DNA from: an uncultured delta proteobacterium
GTDB taxonomy: Bacteria > Myxococcota_A > Polyangia > Haliangiales > Haliangiaceae
DNA: 64,000 nt
Reading direction: 5' to 3'
NCBI GenBank assembly: GCA_963848295.1
Contig: CAWKDB010000010.1
Coordinates: forward strand, 4,064,001 to 4,128,000
Below are positions 38,639-49,300 of this stretch, in pieces. The position numbers were made by a program, and so were the translations under genes. Below the pieces are notes generated by a model. The model worked only from the letters and a program-made list of their open reading frames with translations. It made no database searches and had not been told where the DNA came from. Positions within the stretch are counted from its first letter, which is position 1. Every line of letters starts with the position of its first letter.

Positions 38639-41022
38639 GGCGAGCAGTCGCCGGGGCAGCTCACCGCGGTCTCCGGCGGATCGCAGTAGCCGTCGCCGCA
38701 CGACGGCGTGCACGTCACGTCTTGCGGGCACGAATGGCAGGTCTCGAGCGGATCGGCGATGCCGTCGCCGCACGTCGGTGCGAGCGCGCAGCTCGCTTGC
38801 GGCGGGCAGCTCGGCGTGCACGACGCCCAGCAATCGGGATCCGCGCAGCCAACGAGGCCATCGCCGTCGAGGTCGACCGCGGCGCCGCACAGATCGCTGC
38901 TCCGATCGCTGGCCCACATCAGGGTCCACGTCTGACCGAGGTACAGCATCGTCTGGCCGTGAACCGCGTCGTACGCGAGCTGGTGACCCGCTGCCATCGG
39001 CGGTGCGTTCGCGAGCGTGCGCCGCGCCCACGTCGAGCCATCCCATCGCCACAGATCGCCGAGCATCGGGCCACCGTTGACACCGCCCTGCGAGCCGCCG
39101 TAGAGCAGCACTTCGGAACGCACCGGATCGTAGGTCATCGCCGCGTCCCACCGCGGTCCCGGTGAGACGACCGGTTGGACCTGAGTCCAGTCCGCGCCAT
39201 TCCAGGCCCAGGTATCGGCCAGGTTCCCACTTGGCGTACGACCGCCGAACAGCACGACCTCGCCGCGTGCCGCATCGAACGCGATCTGAGACTCCGCGCG
39301 CGGATCGGGTCGAGTCGATCCCGAGACATCGGTCCACGTGGTGCCGTCCCACGTCCAGGTCTCGTCGTGCAACATCGTGCCGTCGTCGCCGCCGAACAGC
39401 ACGACCTTGCCGATCGCAGCATCGTAGGCGAGCGCGGCGCCGGTGTAGACGATCGGATGCACGGCCGACGCGATCGACGTCCAGCTCGCGCCGTCCCACT
39501 CCCACACGTTCGGATCGGCGAGGTCGCCGCCCCACAGCACGACGCGCTGACGGCCGACGTCATACGCGAGTGCGGCGCCATTGCGCGACGACGGCATCGG
39601 CGATGTCGTCGGACGCTCGACCCAACCGCCGCCATCGGACTCCCACACGATGCCGTCGCCGACCAAGACGACTCGGCCGCGACGCGCGTCGTAAGTCATC
39701 GCGGCGCTCTCGAGTGCCGGCGGGCCCGGATCCGGCGTCACCCCGTTCCACATCCCATCCGGCCCGAGCTGATCCGGTTGTGGCGAGGCCTGGCCGCCAC
39801 ACGCCACGATCGCGCCGCGCACCCGATCGAAGAACAGCGACGTGTACGGTGCGCTCGGCCCGGCGCCGGCGAGCTCGGTCCAGCTCACGCCATCCCAGCA
39901 CCACGCATCCGAAGAGCCCCCGGCGAGCACCACGCAGCCGCGCGTCGGATCGTACGCGAGCGCGGATGCGCCGCGCAGCGGGTTCGGTCCATCGGTCGCG
40001 ACCATCGTCCACGTGGCGCCGTCCCACTCCCAGGTCGTCCCGCCGGGCGCCCACATCACGGTGATGCCGCGCTTCGGATCGTGGGCCATCGGCGCGGTGT
40101 TGGTCGCAGGTGGCGAGCTCGCAGGAGACAGTTGCTGCCACGTCGCCCCGTCCCACTCCCAGGTATCTGCCAACGAGTCGGGAGAGACGAGCCCGCCGAA
40201 CAGCAGCACGCGATGCCGAGTGGCGTCGTACGTCATCGACGGTGCATCGCGAGGCGATGGCGACATCGGCCCGGTGACATCGGTCCAGTTCGTGCCGTCC
40301 CAGATCCACGTATCCTCGAAGGACTGGCCGAAGTCCGAGCCGCCGAACATCACGACGACGTGATGGTCTTCGTCATACGCCGCGGCCGCGCCGAACCGCG
40401 CTGCGGGCGATAGCACGGGTGTGACGTCGGTCCAGGTCGCGCCGTCCCACTCGAGCGTGCGTCCGGTGATCGAGAAGCTATTGTCGAGGCCGCCGAACAT
40501 GACGAGCCGGTCGCGCGCGACGTCGTAAGCAGCCGCTTGCTGCTCGCGTGCGATGCCGCCGAGTTGTGCGAGCTCGTGCCACGCCGGCGTCTCGGGCCGA
40601 CACGACGACGAGCAGCCATCGTGATCGCGCGCGTTGCCGTCGTCGCATTGCTCGCCCTTTGCGACATCGATGATGCCGTTGCCGCATGCTTCGTTCGACA
40701 GGCAATCCGCCGAGCATCCATCGCCGGACACGGTATTGCCGTCGTCGCAGACCTCGCCCGGATCGACGATGCCGTTGCCGCATGCGATCGGCAGACACAC
40801 GCCTTCGTGGCACGCGCCATTGACGGCGTCCGGTGCACTGCACAGAGAGTCGTCCGGCAGGCCGGTACACGCCGCGACCTGCTCGGTCGTCGTACAGCCT
40901 TGATGCGCGACGTCGCAGACAAAGCCGGCGGGGCACGTCGTCCCGTTCGAGCACGCCACGAGATCGTCGTTGATACAGCCAGTCGACCATGCGCAGACCA
41001 GAGCGAGGGCGATCGCGCGCAT
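38635..41022 (-). CDS. DUF4215 Cys-rich lipoprotein with ~12 Kelch-like blades
   Basis: WSTGC lipobox; CGNG..CDDGN repeats; 12 AYD..VVLFGG..TWxWDG..W repeats. Confidence 0.9.
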   Translation of the reverse strand: MRAIALALVCAWSTGCINDDLVACSNGTTCPAGFVCDVAHQGCTTTEQVAACTGLPDDSLCSAPDAVNGACHEGVCLPIACGNGIVDPGEVCDDGNTVSGDGCSADCLSNEACGNGIIDVAKGEQCDDGNARDHDGCSSSCRPETPAWHELAQLGGIAREQQAAAYDVARDRLVMFGGLDNSFSITGRTLEWDGATWTDVTPVLSPAARFGAAAAYDEDHHVVVMFGGSDFGQSFEDTWIWDGTNWTDVTGPMSPSPRDAPSMTYDATRHRVLLFGGLVSPDSLADTWEWDGATWQQLSPASSPPATNTAPMAHDPKRGITVMWAPGGTTWEWDGATWTMVATDGPNPLRGASALAYDPTRGCVVLAGGSSDAWCWDGVSWTELAGAGPSAPYTSLFFDRVRGAIVACGGQASPQPDQLGPDGMWNGVTPDPGPPALESAAMTYDARRGRVVLVGDGIVWESDGGGWVERPTTSPMPSSRNGAALAYDVGRQRVVLWGGDLADPNVWEWDGASWTSIASAVHPIVYTGAALAYDAAIGKVVLFGGDDGTMLHDETWTWDGTTWTDVSGSTRPDPRAESQIAFDAARGEVVLFGGRTPSGNLADTWAWNGADWTQVQPVVSPGPRWDAAMTYDPVRSEVLLYGGSQGGVNGGPMLGDLWRWDGSTWARRTLANAPPMAAGHQLAYDAVHGQTMLYLGQTWTLMWASDRSSDLCGAAVDLDGDGLVGCADPDCWASCTPSCPPQASCALAPTCGDGIADPLETCHSCPQDVTCTPSCGDGYCDPPETAVSCPGDCSP

Positions 41023-41219
41023 CGCACCATTGTACCGAACGATGTCGTGCGGTCGGCGAAATTACGTCACGAGACCGAGGCCGGTGTTCTGGAAACCGGC
41101 GTGTGCTACCAAGCGCGGGTGCGACGGGTCGTCGTGATTGCGGGCGCTAGCGGCAACGGCAAGCGTTTCTCGACCGCTCGTAATGCGCAAGCGCGACGCT
41201 AGTGAAGCGCCGATGGCTT

Positions 41220-42041
41220 TCACGACCAGACCTCGTCGAGGAACGCGAGCAGCTCGCCGTCGAGCCGCGATGGCCTGATCCTCCATTCGGCGATCGACCG
41301 CGCGGTGACGAGCCGTGCGTGAGCGAGCTCGCGCGCGATCCGATCGGCGTCGCTGAACGGGTGGATCGGATCGGACGGATGGCCGATCACGAGAGTCGGC
41401 TGCGTCAACGCGCGGCGTGCCTCGATCGGCGGGGCGACGCGACCGAAGATCAAACCGTCGAGCACGGCGAGCGACGCGATCGGATCGCGGCGCAGGAAGT
41501 CGATCATGATGTCGACGACGTGGTGGGTGCGCGGGATGTGCCGCGTGATCGCCGCGACCGCGCCCATCGAGCGATGGCTGACGCGGAGCGCGAGCGCGAG
41601 CGGCACGAACGCTCCGGCCGCTGCGGGGAGCGCGTTCTCGAGCACCGGCATCTCGAGCACGAGCCCGCACGCGCGCTCTGGCGCAGCGACCGCCGCCTCG
41701 AGCGCGACGTTCGCCCCGAGCGAGGTCCCACCGATCACGGCCCGCTCGACGCCGAGGTGATCGAGCAGCGCGATCACGTCATGGCCGAACTGCTCCATCG
41801 AATACGCGGTCATGTCGTGCGGTTGGTCGGATGCGCCGTGGCCGAGCATGTCGAGCGCGACCAAGCGGTAGCCGGCGGCTGCGAGCGTCGGTCCGAGTCG
41901 CGTGTACATCCGCCCGTCCATCAGTAGGCCGTGAGTCATCACGATCACGCGCTCGCCTTTGCCGTGCTCGCGATAGGACAACCGGCGCCCGCGATGGACG
42001 AAGCTCGGGACGGGGGCGACTTTGCGGCGAAACAGCGCCAT
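41220..42041 (-). CDS. Alpha/beta hydrolase
   Basis: HGLL, DMLGHGAS, GTSLGA. Confidence 0.88.
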   Translation of the reverse strand: MALFRRKVAPVPSFVHRGRRLSYREHGKGERVIVMTHGLLMDGRMYTRLGPTLAAAGYRLVALDMLGHGASDQPHDMTAYSMEQFGHDVIALLDHLGVERAVIGGTSLGANVALEAAVAAPERACGLVLEMPVLENALPAAAGAFVPLALALRVSHRSMGAVAAITRHIPRTHHVVDIMIDFLRRDPIASLAVLDGLIFGRVAPPIEARRALTQPTLVIGHPSDPIHPFSDADRIARELAHARLVTARSIAEWRIRPSRLDGELLAFLDEVWS

Positions 42042-42076
42042 GCAAAATGGTACCGCGAGCGGCACTGCGCTGCGGC

Positions 42077-43159
42077 CTACGAGGCCTTCGAGTCGCCGCC
42101 GGTGCGCGGAAGCTCGACGCCGAACACGCAACCTTTGCCGGGCAGATCGCGAACGCGAATCACGCCGCCGATCGCTTCGGCGCCACGCAGGCAGATCGCG
42201 AGCCCGAGCCCGAGGCCGCTGCGATCGGCGCTGCGCTGTTCGAACGGGCGAAACAGCGTCGCGGCTTTGTCTGGCGGGAGGCCGCCGCACTCATCTTCGA
42301 CTTCGATCAACACGCCGCTCGAGGTACTCGCGGTGCGCAGCGTGACATGGCTGCGTGGCTGCGTGTACTTGTAGGCGTTCTGCATGAGGTTCGCGATGAT
42401 CGACGCGAGGATCTGCCGGTCCGCCTCGACCACGGCGCCGGCGTCGTGCCGTTCGACCGTGAGTTTGTGGCCGCGCGCTTTCGCCTCCATCACTGCAGAG
42501 ACCTCGACTTCTTCGATCAACTCCGAGATCACGATCCGCTCGCGCATTCCGATGCCGGCGTTGAGCCGCACTGCGGCGAGCGAACGATCGACGAGATTGG
42601 TCAGCCGCTGCAAGCTACGCCCGAGCATCGCACCCGTGTTTCCGGAGATGTCGACGCTGCCTTCGCGGAGTGCGTCGAATGCGAGGGTCGCAGTGCCGAG
42701 CAGATTGCGCAGCTCGTGGGCCAGGTACCCGAGATCCTCGGTCGCTCGCTCGTTGCTCTCGGCCAGGAGATCGAGCTCGCGGCGCCGCCCGTACTGCGCG
42801 ACGGCCTCGGCGACCGTCTCGTCGAGACAAGCGGTGAGCGCCTTGAATTCTTGTGGTGAGATCGTGACGCGCCGTTCCAGCGCGAGCTCGCTGATCGAGT
42901 CGCACGCGTCGACACAGTCATGCACCACCTGGGCGACGGTGAAACCTCGCCGCAGCAGGTCGTCATCCTGCTTTGGTGCATCGCCATCGACAGCGCCGAT
43001 TAGCTTCGAGCGCAGCGTCGCGGTGATGTAGTCGAGGAACAGCGGCACGCCGTGCTCGAGCTCGGCGTCACTAGGTCTAGGAGCCATCCGCGCCGCGACC
43101 CGCGCCCGGCACCGCGAGATGATCTCGGCGCGGTTTGTCGCGATGAATTCGATCAACAC
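42077..43159 (-). CDS. Cytoplasmic sensor histidine kinase
   Basis: H-box LAHELRNLL, N-box NLMQNAYKY, DECGG, GLGLGL; no TM segment. Confidence 0.92.
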   Translation of the reverse strand: MLIEFIATNRAEIISRCRARVAARMAPRPSDAELEHGVPLFLDYITATLRSKLIGAVDGDAPKQDDDLLRRGFTVAQVVHDCVDACDSISELALERRVTISPQEFKALTACLDETVAEAVAQYGRRRELDLLAESNERATEDLGYLAHELRNLLGTATLAFDALREGSVDISGNTGAMLGRSLQRLTNLVDRSLAAVRLNAGIGMRERIVISELIEEVEVSAVMEAKARGHKLTVERHDAGAVVEADRQILASIIANLMQNAYKYTQPRSHVTLRTASTSSGVLIEVEDECGGLPPDKAATLFRPFEQRSADRSGLGLGLAICLRGAEAIGGVIRVRDLPGKGCVFGVELPRTGGDSKAS

Positions 43160-43327
43160 GCGGCGTGCCTACTCACGCGCGCAGCGTAACCGCTACGTGA
43201 CGCAAGCGCACGCGCCTGGCTCGCCGAGCGGCGGCGCACACCGCGACGACTTTGAAAGTACCTGGATCTATACGACTCGCTCGGCACGTGCGGTGCACTT
43301 AACCACCGACTCCTGGGGTATACCGCT

Positions 43328-46300
43328 TTGCTGTCCGCGCCCTCCCACGAACGTGTGCGATCCGCGCCTCGTCGGTCGCCGCGCTTCGGTCACCGGCGTT
43401 CCGTGGGAGATGGCGTCACCGCAGGTGAGGAGCTCCCGCTTCGCGCCGAGCTGTTCAGCGTCACGCAGCTCGAGCGCCACGCTCAGCTGCTCGCGGCGGC
43501 ACACGAAATCGGGCCGCGCACCGCCGACGATCGACTCCTCGCACGACTCGCGGCCAATCAGGCGGTGCTCGCGGAGGCCTACACGCTCGTCGCCGAAGCC
43601 GTGACCCGCGGCCGGCAGATCACACCGGCGGCCGAGTGGTTCATCGACAACTACCACCTGATCGAAGACCAGATTCGAACCGCGCGCCGCCACTTGCCGC
43701 GCGGCTACAGCCGCGAGCTGCCGCGACTCGTGCTCGAGCAGACGCCGCGAGTCTACGATCTCGCACTCGAGCTGATCTCGCATTCGCACGGCCGCGTCGA
43801 CCTCGATGCACTGCGTGCGTTCGTCACGTCGTATCAGACGATCCGACCGCTGTCGCTCGGCGAGCTTTGGGCGATCCCGATCATGTTGCGCCTCGCGCTG
43901 ATCGAGAACCTCCGCCGCGTGATCGCCGGCGTCACCGCGGGCCGCCGCGACCGTGAGCTCGCGGGCGTGTGGGCCGACAAGCTGCTCGACGTCACGCCCG
44001 ACGATCCGTCCAAGGTCGTACTCGTGCTCGCGCAATTGATCGCAGCTGATCCGCCGCTCAGCAACGCGTTCGTCTCCGAGCTCGCGTCGCGCCTGCAGGG
44101 CCAAGGCGCGGCGTCGGTGTTTCCGATGTCGTGGCTCGAGCAACGGCTCGCCGAGCGCGGCCAGACGATCGAGCATGGCTTCCAGCTCGCGAGTCAGAGC
44201 CAAGCGGCGGATCAAGTCACGATCGGGAACAGCATCGGCAGCCTGCGGTTCCTCGGCGCTACCGACTGGCGAGAATTCGTCGAGACCACGAGCGTCATCG
44301 AGCGGGCGTTGCGCGGTGATCCCGATGGCGTGTACGCGGCGATGGATTTCGCGACACGTGATCACTATCGCCACGTCGTCGAACAACTCGCGCGGCGAAG
44401 CGCGCTCTCGGAGCTCGCGATCGCCGAGGCTGCGGTCGCGCTCGCGGCGAAGGAGCCGCCGGGGCGCACGCACCACGTTGGCTATTTTCTGATAGATCGC
44501 GGGCGGCGCGAGCTCGAGCTCGTCGGGAAACAAAAAGAGCCGCGTGGCGAGGTACGAGTCGGCCAGCAACGTCGGTGGCGACTGCCGATCTACGTCGGCG
44601 CGATCGCCGCCCTTACCGCCGCGGTGACCACTGCGGCGACCCACGGCGCCGATTCGACCGCGCTCGACTCGATCGGCCGGATCGCATGGCCGATCGTGAT
44701 CGCGATCTGCGCGAGTCAGCTCGCAGTCGGCATCGTGCATTGGGCCGCGACGCTGCTCGTCCAACCGAATCTGTTGCCTCGGCTCGACTTCGCGAACGGA
44801 ATTCCCGCCGAGCACCGCACGATCGTCGCGGTTCCCACGATGCTGACCAGCACCGCGACGGTCGACGAGCTCGTCGATGGGCTCGAGGTGCGGTTCTTGG
44901 CGAATCGCGACGCGAATCTCGGCTTCGTCTTGCTCGGCGATCTCCGTGACGCGGCGACCGAGCACGTCGCTGGCGACAACGCGATCATCGAGCACGCGCG
45001 CACCGCGATCGATACGCTCAACGCGAAATATCCCGACGCGAGCCGCGGCGGAGGATTCTTCCTGCTCGTGCGCGCGCGCCGATGGAACCAGCGCGAAGGC
45101 ACGTGGATGGGCTGGGAGCGCAAACGCGGCAAGCTTGAAGACCTCAACGCGATGCTGCGTGGCGATGCAGAGCGATTCGCGATCGTAGCCGGGCCGATTG
45201 CACGGCTGCGCGCGGTCAAGTACGTCATCACGCTCGACAGCGATACCGAGCTGCCGCGCGACGCCGCTCGCTTGCTCGCCGGCACGCTCGGTCATCCGCT
45301 AAATCGCCCCGTGTTCGACGCCGTGCGCGGTCGGGTCACCGACGGCTACTCGATCCTCCAGCCGCGCGTCGGGATCACGCTCGACAGCGCGCGCCAGACG
45401 CGATTCGCGCGGTTGTTCTCCGGCGATTCCGGAATCGATCCCTACACGCGCGCGGTGTCCGACGTCTATCAGGATGTGTTTGGCGAGGGCTCGTTCATCG
45501 GTAAAGGGATCTACGATATCGACGGGGTGCGCGAGTCCACCGCCGGCAAGTTCCCGGAGAATCGCGTGCTCAGTCACGATCTGCTCGAAGGCGCGTATGG
45601 CCGCTCAGGGCTCGTCAGCGACGTGATCGTGTTCGAGGACTTCCCGGCCGCGCACGCTGCCGATGCCAGCCGGCGTGCGCGCTGGATCCGCGGCGACTGG
45701 CAGATCGCACGCTGGCTATTTCGGCGCGTCCCCGGCGGCGAGTCGCGATTGCCCAATCCGGTGTCGCGGCTCTCGCAGTGGAAGATCCTCGACAACCTGC
45801 GGCGGAGTCTCGTACCGATCGCGATGGGCGCGTTGTTCGTGATCGCATGGACGATTCCCGGAACGGCGCTGGCTTCGTTGCTCGTGCTCGCGGCGACGTT
45901 GCTATTACCCGGCGTGCTGGCATCGAGCGCGGCGCTGCTGCGCCGCCCGGCCGAGACGCCGCTGCGCTCGCACATCAGCGAGCACGGTCGCCAACTGGTT
46001 CGCCAGCTCACGCGCGATGCGTTCGCGCTCGCGTGCCTGCCGTACGACGCCGCGATCAGCGTGACCTCGATCGGTCGCGCGTGCCTGCGCGTGCTGATCT
46101 TGCGGCGCAAGCTCCTCGAATGGAAGACCGCCGCCGACGCGCAGCGGAGCGCGCGCACGACGATGCTCGGGATCTACGCGTCGATGTGGATCGCGCCGGT
46201 CACGGCGCTCGCGGTCGCCGCCGTGCTCGTTCGAACGGCGAGTGTGTGGCCGGCGGTCCCGGTGCTGGCGCTGTGGTTGTTCGCGCCGGCGTTGGTGTGG

Positions 46301-49300
46301 TGGGTGAGCCAGCCGGTCGAGACCCGGCGATCGCGGCTGTCGGCACCCGATCACGAGTTTCTCCGCGGCCTCGCGCGCCGAACCTGGCGTTTCTTCGAGA
46401 CCTATGTCACCGACGACGATCACGATCTCCCACCGGACAACGTTCAAGAAGATCCGCCGGTCGGGATTGCGCATCGCACATCGCCGACGAACATCGGGCT
46501 CGCGTTGCTCGCGAATCTCGCAGCGTACGACTTCGGCTACATCCCGACCGGCGGCGTAGTCGCGCGGACCGCCCGCACGTTCGCGACGCTCGACAAGCTG
46601 CAGCGCTATCGCGGTCACTTCTACAACTGGTACGACACGCGGACGCTCGAGCCTCTGCGCCCGATGTACGTGTCGACCGTCGACAGCGGCAATCTTGCCG
46701 GGCACCTCGCGACGCTCGCGAGCGGGCTCGTCGCGCTCGGCCACGATCGCGTCATCCGCCCGGAGCTGTTCGCCGGTCTGCGCGACACTCTCGCGATTCT
46801 CGAGGACGCCGGCGCCGATCCCACCGCGGTCACGTCCGCTCGCGCGTTGCTCGAGCTCGCGCCGATCACGCTGGCCAAGACGCGCGAAGCGCTGGTCCGG
46901 GTCTCCGCCGAAGCTCATCGCCTCGAGCTCCGCGTCGACTCGAAGTCCAAAGAGCTCGGCTGGTGGGCGCACGCATTCGACCAACAGTGCCAGCATGCGC
47001 TGACCGAGCTCGAGCAGCTCGCGCCCTGGGTCACGCTCGGACCACCGCTCGCGCCGCTCGATCGCGAGCTCCAGCAACGTCTCGACGACATCCCGACGCT
47101 CGCCGAGCTCGCACGCCTCGAAGTCACACTCGCCCCCGTGCTCGCGCGAGCACGTGCCGCAGCGGCTGGCACCGCATGGCTCGACGAGCTACGCGCCGCG
47201 GTTGCGCTTGCCTCCGAGCGCGCGGCCGCGCGGCTGACCGAGCTCCATCGCCTCGCCGCGCATGCGGGCGAGCTCGGGGATGCCGACTACGATCTACTCT
47301 ACGATCGCGGCCGCCATCTCCTCGCGATCGGGTTCAACGTCGTCGATCGTCGACTCGACGCCAGCTTCTACGATCTGCTCGCCTCCGAAGCCCGCCTCGC
47401 GAGCTACGTCGCGATCGCGCAGGGCAAGCTGCCGCAGGAGCATTGGTTTCATCTCGGGCGGCTACTCACGACCTCGGGTGGCGACCCGGCACTGCTGTCG
47501 TGGAGCGGCTCGATGTTCGAGTACCTGATGCCGCTGCTCGTGATGCCGACATACGACCGGACGTTGCTCGACTCGACCTATCACGTCGTGGTCGCTCGCC
47601 AGATCGAGTTCGGTCGCGAGCGCGACGTACCGTGGGGCGTATCCGAATCCGGCTACAACAAGACCGACGCGCACCAGAACTACCAGTACCGCGCGTTCGG
47701 CGTACCCGGTCTTGGATTCAAGCGCGGCTTGGCCGACGATCTGGTGGTCGCGCCGTACGCGTCGGCGATAGCCTTGATGGTCGAGCCCGATGCCGCGTGC
47801 GCGAACTTGCGCGTGCTCGCCGCCGACGACCGCCTCGGCGGCTACGGCTTCTACGAAGCGATCGACTACACGCCGACACGGTTGCCGCCTGGAAAGTCGA
47901 GCGTGACCGTGCGCTCGTACATGGCGCACCACCAAGGGATGTCGCTGCTCGCGCTCGCCTATGCGCTTGCGGATCGACCGATGCAACGCCGGTTCACCGC
48001 CGATCCCGCGTTGCGTGCGACCGAGCTCCTGCTCCAAGAGCGGTTGCCGCGCACCGCGACGGTCTATCCGCACCCGGCGGAGGTGTCGGCGGTGCGCACG
48101 ACGTCGAGTGAGGGCGAGCACGATCTGCGCATCTTCACGACGCCGAGCACGACGCAGCCCGAGGTCCATCTCCTGTCGAACGGCAGCTATCACGTCGCGA
48201 TCACGAACGCGGGCGGTGGCTACAGCCGGTGGCGCGATCTCGCCGTGACGCGCTGGCAAGAGGATCCCACCCGCGACTGCTGGGGCACGTTTTGTTACGT
48301 CCGCGATGTCACCACCGGCGCGTTCTGGTCGGTCGCGCACCAGCCGACGCTCAAGCCCGCCGCGAGCTACGAGGCGATCTTCTCTCAGGGTCGCGCGGAG
48401 TTTCGCCGGCGAGAAGACGAGCTCGACACGCACGTCGAGATCGCGGTGTGCCCCGAGGACGACATCGAGCTGCGGCGGATCACGATCGCAAACCTCGGTC
48501 GCAAGCGCACGCTCGAGCTGACGAGCTTCGCGGAGGTCGTGTTGACGCAACCTGCCGCCGACGCGGCGCACCGAACGTTCTCGAACTTGTTCGTGCAGAC
48601 CGAAGTGGTCGATGCCGATCGAGCGATCCTCTGCACGCGGCGCCCGCGCTCGGCCAACGAGAGACCGCCGTGGATGCTGCACCTGATGACCGTCCACGGC
48701 GCGAGTGCGCGAGAGACGTCGTACGACACCGATCGCGCCGCGTTCATCGGTCGCGATCGGTCGCCGGCGGATCCGATCGCGATGCATCGCACCGCGCTCA
48801 CGAATAGCAGCGGCGCCGTGCTCGACCCGATCGTCGCGATCCGTAACACCGTCGAGCTCGGCCCCGAAGAAACCATCCAGCTCCACATCGTCACGGGCGT
48901 CGCGGAGACGCGCGATGGCGCGATGGCGTTGATCGACAAGTACCGCGACCGGCACCTCGCGGAGCGCGTGCTCGAGCTATCGTGGACGCAGAGCCAGGTC
49001 ATCCAGCGCCGGCTCGAAGCGAGCAACGCCGATACGCGGCTGTGGGAGCGGCTCGCCGGCTACGTCATCTATCTGAACCCTGCGCTGCGCGCGCCGCGCA
49101 CGGTGATCGCGAGCAACAGGCTCGGACAATCCGGCTTGTGGGCCTACGGGATCTCGGGCGATCTGCCGATCGCGCTGTTACGCATCTCGTCGGCCGAGAA
49201 CATCGAGCTCGTGCGCCAGCTCGTGCGCGCGCACGCGTATTGGCGGCTCAAGGGTCTCGTCGTCGACCTCGTCGTGTGGAACGAGGATCCGTCCGGCTAC

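Noticed and set aside
38900..40560. Recurring gccgtcccactccca-like DNA motifs as a possible CRISPR array
   Set aside because: They are degenerate, in frame and encode Kelch-like WxWDG blades; no cas genes
45778..48955. Long alternative-frame ORFs inside cgs (777, 497 and 390 aa)
   Set aside because: Expected shadow ORFs in high-GC DNA; low-complexity Arg/Ala translations
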